Source of the DNA: an uncultured Methyloversatilis sp.
GTDB taxonomy: Bacteria; Pseudomonadota; Gammaproteobacteria; Burkholderiales; Rhodocyclaceae
Assembly: GCA_964488825.1 (NCBI GenBank)
Contig: CAZAWN010000001.1
Location: 1,818-65,817, forward strand
Length of the DNA: 64,000 bases
Reading direction: 5' to 3'
Part shown: one piece after another, positions 59,318 to 64,000 of the stretch
Numbering within the stretch: the first letter of the stretch is position 1
Layout: the number at the start of each line of letters is the position of its first letter
The notes under the pieces: model-generated
What the model saw: only the letters and a program-made list of their open reading frames with translations
Told to the model about the DNA's origin: nothing
Databases searched by the model: none
Position numbers and translations under genes: made by a program

Positions 59318-60034
59318 TCAAGGCACGACGGCATGCCCCATGCGGGCGAGAATCTGTTCGGTACGTCGGTCGAGATACGCGGAATACGGATTCTTCTCGA
59401 ACTTGCGCGGCGCCGGCAGCATCACCGCCAGGCGCGCCGCCTGCGCCGTGCTCAACTGACCGGCGCCGCTGGCGAAGTAACGCCGCGCCGCCGCCTCTGC
59501 GCCGAATACGCCCTCGCCCCACTCCACCACGTTGAGATACACCTCCAGAATGCGGCGCTTGTCCCACAGCAATTCGAGCCAGACCGTGACAATTGCCTCC
59601 TGAGCCTTGCGCCACGGCGTTTTGGCGGCGGAAAGAAACAGGTTCTTGGCCAGTTGCTGGCTGATTGTCGAGCCGCCCGCGACGATCTTGCCCTTTTTCT
59701 GATTTTTCTCCAGCGCCTTCTGGATGCCTTCCCAGTCAAACCCCTCGTGGTCGATAAACTTGTCGTCCTCGGCGGCGACGACGGCGCGTTTCAACTGGAT
59801 CGAGATCTTGCCGTAGGGCGTCCAGACGTAGCGCAACTGCGCCTGCGGGTTTTTCTCGCGCAAGACTTCCAGCCGCTGCGCCATGAAACTGGTCTGGCCC
59901 GGATCGAAAAATCGCCACCAGACGACCCAGCCGAAATACCAGCCCTGCCAGAGCAGCAAGGCGATCACAGCAAAGGCGGCGAGGCGCGCAAACCAGCGGC
60001 GCGCGCCGCCCGGACGGGGTTTGCGTGCCGTCAT
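59318..60034 (-). CDS. mtgA: Monofunctional peptidoglycan transglycosylase
   Basis: AAEDDKFIDHEGFD, GGSTISQQLAKNLFL, RKAQEA, RILEVYLN; likely ATG 60034. Confidence 0.95.
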   Translation of the reverse strand: MTARKPRPGGARRWFARLAAFAVIALLLWQGWYFGWVVWWRFFDPGQTSFMAQRLEVLREKNPQAQLRYVWTPYGKISIQLKRAVVAAEDDKFIDHEGFDWEGIQKALEKNQKKGKIVAGGSTISQQLAKNLFLSAAKTPWRKAQEAIVTVWLELLWDKRRILEVYLNVVEWGEGVFGAEAAARRYFASGAGQLSTAQAARLAVMLPAPRKFEKNPYSAYLDRRTEQILARMGHAVVP

Positions 60035-60177
60035 GCCAGCGCCGGGTTTTCCCGGTTTGGCATGTGCAGTCAGCCTTGGCAATGCCATTTTTCGTAACCC
60101 AGCAGAGCCTGGCGGAACATCTCCCGATATTGCCGCCATTGCGGAACATGCGTATCCATCACAAAGCTTGTCATCAA

Positions 60178-61362
60178 TCAAGGCTCAAAATGGGGGATGG
60201 CACGTCGCATAAATTCATCAAACAGTGGCACGGTGAAAGCCATATCGCCATGCGAGGGGCTATACACCATCCCCTTTTTAATCAAGCTCGCTCGAACAGG
60301 CCCCAAGGTATTGATTTTGACCCCAAGCACGTCAGCCACATCGCCGGTGCGGTGAGGGCCCGGCCCTAGTTCTGCCATGGCTCTCAGATATTTTTTCTCT
60401 CTCGGTGTGAGACGGTCAAATCGCACCCTGAAGAAGTTTTCGTCCAAGCGTCTGGAGACTAGTTCACTCGTCTCCTGTACAACCTGCAAGCTGATTGGAG
60501 AAGCTGTCGCGTGGTTCCATGCCTGATATCCCCACTCCTGAAGAAAATAGGGATAGCCTCGTGTCAGCCGAAAGATTTCATGTAACGCGGCTGGGTCGAA
60601 TGCTTCGGTGGCCTCCAGCACCGGGTCTTGAAGTGCCTTGATCGCATCCCCTTCAGGCAGTGGGCCAATATCCGGGAAACTGAACAATCGCTCCGCATAG
60701 GATTTCGACTCACCCATCAGACCGGGAAGAATGGGTAAGCCTGCAGCAATCAGCACGACAGGAAGCTGACGCTGTTGCATCTTGTGCATCGCCATGATGA
60801 GAGCGCTCAGTTCCGCTGCACTGAAATACTGAATTTCGTCGATCAGCAGAGCAACCGCTACGCCACGTTCTTGCGCAGCCTCACCAACGGCCATAAATAA
60901 ACTGGGAAGATCAACCTCCAGATCGCCGCTATCAGCAGCGCCGGGTTCTGGCTCTATGTCCAGTCCGATATCAAGATCGCCGACCTTGATCTTGATCGCT
61001 CCGACAAAACCTTTTAGCACTGCGATGCCACGTCGCACCTTGTCACCTGCTTTGGCAATCCGATCCAGATCGAACAGCAGTCGACGCAGGTGGGGCGCAA
61101 GCAAAACGGCCAGAGGTTTTCCCTCGTGGGCCTCAACAAGAATAGTCCGATAACCGGCAGTCTGGGCGATGCGGTCAATTTCATTGAGCAGAACAGTCTT
61201 CCCGACGCCACGTAAGCCCGTAAGCAATAGGCTCTTCTCGGGGCGTTTTGCAAGAATCCGCCCAAGCAGGACGCGGGCTTGTTCCAAAATGCTGTCCCGA
61301 CCTGCAAGTTCTGGCGGCGGGGAGCCTGCGCCTGGGGAGAAGGGGTTTCTGATCTTATCCAT
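60178..61362 (-). CDS. AAA_16-like P-loop ATPase with C-terminal winged helix
   Basis: NPFSPGAGSPPPELAGRD, Walker A GLRGVGKT, Walker B LLIDEIQ, GYPYFLQ; visibly more AT-rich than the flanking genes. Start 61362 or 61377. Confidence 0.85.
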   Translation of the reverse strand: MDKIRNPFSPGAGSPPPELAGRDSILEQARVLLGRILAKRPEKSLLLTGLRGVGKTVLLNEIDRIAQTAGYRTILVEAHEGKPLAVLLAPHLRRLLFDLDRIAKAGDKVRRGIAVLKGFVGAIKIKVGDLDIGLDIEPEPGAADSGDLEVDLPSLFMAVGEAAQERGVAVALLIDEIQYFSAAELSALIMAMHKMQQRQLPVVLIAAGLPILPGLMGESKSYAERLFSFPDIGPLPEGDAIKALQDPVLEATEAFDPAALHEIFRLTRGYPYFLQEWGYQAWNHATASPISLQVVQETSELVSRRLDENFFRVRFDRLTPREKKYLRAMAELGPGPHRTGDVADVLGVKINTLGPVRASLIKKGMVYSPSHGDMAFTVPLFDEFMRRAIPHFEP

Positions 61363-61623
61363 AGCGCTCTCATCCATAACAAATTATTTATATTTATACA
61401 CGATATAGCGTATACATCAGAATAAATTGCTATAGAAATTCTGCTGACAATAACGGGACTTTCTGCGCGTCATCGTACACCTGCGTAGAATTTTTTTCGC
61501 AGAATCCCCGCCTGCACCAGCATGGGAGAACACGCAATGCGCACATCCGCCATTCGGCATTCGGTCGCTGGAATGCCCCATGAATAGAGGATTTCAGGTC
61601 TCCAACGTCCAACCGCTCATAAA

Positions 61624-61658
61624 GCCATTTGGCCATTTGGGTGGGAATCTGGGTGGGA
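61624..61658. repeat. Short tandem direct repeats (GCCATTTG x2; TGGGTGGGA x2)
   Basis: GCCATTTG at 61624 and 61632; TGGGTGGGA at 61638 and 61650. Confidence 0.6.
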
Positions 61659-61756
61659 CTCTCGACTGGTTGCCATTGGACGCTGTTGCACCGCCCGTCC
61701 TGTGTTTTTCTGGGCGCAATCGGACGATATGGGAACCTTTGGGACGCCTATTGGCA

Positions 61757-61785
61757 TTGATTTGCAGCACTTGCGGCCGTATACT
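61757..61785 (+). promoter_or_regulatory. Sigma70 promoter driving the repeat array and NYN gene
   Basis: TTGATT (61757-61762), 17 nt spacer, TATACT (61780-61785); predicted TSS near 61792, at the start of the first hairpin. Confidence 0.72.
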
Positions 61786-61792
61786 GCGCTTA

Positions 61793-61841
61793 ACAACACC
61801 CGCCACGCTTCTGAACCAATGCGCACCCCGGCGGGTTTTGT
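61793..61841 (+). ncRNA. Structured leader hairpin (candidate small RNA element)
   Basis: ACCCGCC (61798-61804) pairs with GGCGGGT (61830-61836); inner CGC/GCG stem; U-rich tail TTTTGTATTT. Confidence 0.5.
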
Positions 61842-61844
61842 ATT

Positions 61845-62010
61845 TGAGTCGTCCCGCGAGGTTGCCTCGCGGCCCCGGTTGCCAGCGCGGCCGGGTTGAT
61901 GTCTCCCCGGTGGGCTTGACCCATCGGCCCCGGTGCCCTGCGGTGCCGGTGAGTATCCCCGAGGGGCTTGACCCCTTGGCCCCGGCCGCACACGCGGCCG
62001 GTTTTGTTTT
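61845..62010 (+). ncRNA. Array of three tandem double-hairpin RNA repeats (candidate RNA antitoxin)
   Basis: Three units, each TGA..GT..TCCC linker + 8 bp stem A + invariant GGCCCCGG junction (61871, 61926, 61978) + 8-9 bp stem B with a 4 nt loop; compensatory and G-U changes between units. Confidence 0.7.
61982..62010 (+). terminator. Intrinsic terminator formed by the last repeat, just upstream of the NYN gene
   Basis: CCGGCCGC-acac-GCGGCCGG followed by TTTTGTTTT, then RBS GGAGG at 62012. Confidence 0.75.
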
Positions 62011-62021
62011 GGGAGGTCGAA

Positions 62022-62702
62022 GTGAATAACAAGAAACGGGTGATGGCCTTCGTCGACGGATTCAATCTCTATCACGCCATCGATGATCTCGACATCGATC
62101 CCAAGACCCGCCGGCCTTGCCGCCAGAAGCAGCATTTGAAGTGGCTGAACCTCCAGGCAATGGCATCCGCGTTTGCGCCACCGTCACGGGAAGAGGTTGT
62201 CGCCGTGCATTACTTCTCCGCATTCGCCACCTGGCTGCCGGACGCCTACCAGCGCCATCTCGACTATGTTCGCGCGCTCGAATCGGTGGGCGTCAATGTC
62301 GTCATGGGCAACTTCAAGAAGAAATGGCGCCAGTGCAACAAGTGCAATGCGACCTGGCTCGGCCATGAGGAAAAGGAAAGCGATGTCAGCCTCGCGCTCT
62401 ATCTGCTCGACATGGCGTATCAGGATGCTTACGACAAGGCATTTCTGGTGACGGCGGATACCGACCTCGTGCCGGCCATCAAGATGGTGCGGAAACATTT
62501 TCCGCAGAAGGAAGTGATCGCGCTGATCCCGAAGAACCGTTTCCAGAACGCGATGGAATTGCGGCAGGCGTGCAACGGCGCCAGCCGGATCGAGGAATCG
62601 CATCTGGAACGGAACCTGTTTCCGGCATCCATTGTCTTGCCGGACGGGGCAGCCATCGCAAGACCGGCAAAGTATCAGCCTCCGAAGAAGAACCACGCCT
62701 GA
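62022..62702 (+). CDS. NYN domain (LabA/DUF88, PIN-like) ribonuclease
   Basis: RBS GGAGG then GTG 62022; catalytic motifs FVDGFNLYH, EEKESDVSLA, VTADTDLVPAI; CNKC insert. Confidence 0.9.
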   Translation: MNNKKRVMAFVDGFNLYHAIDDLDIDPKTRRPCRQKQHLKWLNLQAMASAFAPPSREEVVAVHYFSAFATWLPDAYQRHLDYVRALESVGVNVVMGNFKKKWRQCNKCNATWLGHEEKESDVSLALYLLDMAYQDAYDKAFLVTADTDLVPAIKMVRKHFPQKEVIALIPKNRFQNAMELRQACNGASRIEESHLERNLFPASIVLPDGAAIARPAKYQPPKKNHA

Positions 62703-63158
62703 CCCTCTGACCGCTCCGCGTACTCGACTGCTGCCGTCGCGCGATAAAACCGCGCCACGACTCAGCGCCTCAGATCACCGCTTGACCTCCTGCACCCTCC
62801 TGCACCGCCGCCGGCCAACTGCGCTGAATTTCCCGATAATGTTGCACTTGGTTGTTGAACGCGCCCCTCAAAAGGTCGGCTCTAGCGGGACGGCAACAAT
62901 CGGCAAACAAGAGCCGCTGGGCTTCAAACCACGAATGCGTACTTCAGACTGTCAGCAGACGGTCGGATTTCCGTAGCCGTCGGCAAGTCCGTGCCCAGAA
63001 CCGACATCCGATTCAGATGGAGGCGAACGGCAGGTAACTGTAACATTCAGCGTAATTTCCGTGAATGATGGATGTATTGTCCTAACACTTGGCGGACGAT
63101 AGAAGTATGCCCTGAGATAAACTCATAACCTCTCGGATACAGAAGGCCATCTGCTTCA

Positions 63159-64000
63159 ATGCGCATGAATCTCTGGCAGCGACTCTATTTTCACCACGCC
63201 ACGTCAACATTCGTCGTGATCACCCTGCTTTTGTTGGGAGGTGCGCTGTATTCGATCTGGCGCTTTGCCGAGCATAGCACTCGGCAAAGCGTACTCGAGA
63301 CCACTGCCGCCTCTAATCTGGCCATTACTCAGTTGATAGCGACCGAAGTCTGGCCCACACTGTTTCCGCTGCTTCCAGCTGCCAATGCCGATGCGCAAGG
63401 CGCACGCAGCAATCCAAACCTGCCCGCCATCGACGCCATCGTGCACCGCTTCAGTCCGAATACCGACATTGTCAAGCTCAAGATCTTCGACCTGAAGGGA
63501 CTGACGCTGTATTCATCCGAGGTGCGCCAGGTTGGCGAGGACAAGTCGGCAACCAGCGGCTTTCGAAGCGCGCGCCAAGGCAAGTCTTTCAGCGAGCTCT
63601 CGTTTCGAGAAAGCTTCCAGAGCTTGGAAGGCGCGTTGCAGGGCCGGAACCTCGTTTCGTCGTATGTGCCCGTCGTACAAGACGGGGAACTGCACGGTGT
63701 GGTTGAAATCTATACCGACCGCACGCGCGAGATCGAGTCGACGGATATGCAGCTACATGACTTGTTGCGCAAGCTAGTGGCGGTCTTCCTCCTCCTGTTT
63801 GTCGTTCTTCTGGCGATCTTCCGCCAGACCGAACGTGCACGCAAGGATCATGAGCAGTCGCTGCTTATGTTGGCGGAGGAGAGTCGCCAAGTCCGCGAGG
63901 CGGCCGTACAGGCAAACCTGACCAAGTCGCAGTTCCTCGCCACCATGAGCCACGAAATCCGTACGCCCATGAATGGTGTCATCGGCATGGCCAACCTACT
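63159..64000 (+). CDS. Membrane sensor histidine kinase, probably hybrid type (runs off the window)
   Basis: Not in the ORF track. Open frame from ATG 63159 ([11 protein letters not shown]): TM, Cache-like periplasmic domain, TM, H-box [22 protein letters not shown]. Confidence 0.88.
   Translation, partial: MRMNLWQRLYFHHATSTFVVITLLLLGGALYSIWRFAEHSTRQSVLETTAASNLAITQLIATEVWPTLFPLLPAANADAQGARSNPNLPAIDAIVHRFSPNTDIVKLKIFDLKGLTLYSSEVRQVGEDKSATSGFRSARQGKSFSELSFRESFQSLEGALQGRNLVSSYVPVVQDGELHGVVEIYTDRTREIESTDMQLHDLLRKLVAVFLLLFVVLLAIFRQTERARKDHEQSLLMLAEESRQVREAAVQANLTKSQFLATMSHEIRTPMNGVIGMANL

Noticed and set aside
61496-61519. tRNA 3'-end-like TTCGCAGAATCCCCGCCTGCACCA as an att site
   Set aside because: The T-loop is interrupted, the spacing to CCA does not fit a tRNA, and no matching tRNA is present in the window.
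61845-62010. CRISPR array interpretation of the repeats
   Set aside because: There are no identical repeats with unique unstructured spacers; the variable parts are self-complementary stems, and no cas genes are nearby.
61430-62135. Short ORFs across the ATPase-NYN intergenic region
   Set aside because: No recognisable domains or RBS; Pro/Arg/Gly-rich translations reflect the GC-rich hairpins.

Overview
This 64 kb window is the replication-origin region of a GC-rich betaproteobacterial chromosome (Rhodocyclales/Sterolibacteriaceae-like, inferred from gene order and protein style). Core content in order: uppP, an HD-GYP gene, topB-dprA-LysM, def-fmt-rsmB-DUF4390-NtrY-like kinase, mnmE-yidC-yidD-rnpA-rpmH, dnaA-(DnaA-box cluster)-dnaN-gyrB, nucleoside/TSUP/branched-chain-type ABC transporters, two parS sites, mnmG-rsmG-parA-parB, and the full atp operon. 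A long minus-strand block follows (ribBX-ribH-nusB-thiL-REC-pgpA-pncC-recA-recX-lptB-rpoN-hpf-ptsN-hprK-DUF971-ubiE-ubiJ), then c-di-GMP signalling genes, corA and mtgA. From about 60.1 to 63.1 kb lies a small accessory islet. Its best feature is at 61757-62702: a near-consensus sigma70 promoter, a leader hairpin, and three tandem ~52-55 nt double-hairpin repeats with compensatory and G-U pairs. The last repeat forms an intrinsic terminator, and directly after it is an intact NYN (LabA/DUF88, PIN-like) RNase gene. This is the layout of a type III (RNA antitoxin) toxin-antitoxin locus, but with a toxin fold not used by the ToxIN/TenpIN/CptIN families. Other oddities: a transposase-type HTH fused to two PAS domains behind atpC, a CorA with an MgtE-like N-terminal extension and GMS instead of GMN, a PAS-less NtrY-like kinase with no adjacent regulator, and lptB-rpoN coupled to recA-recX. 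All calls come from reading the sequence; no database searches were run.
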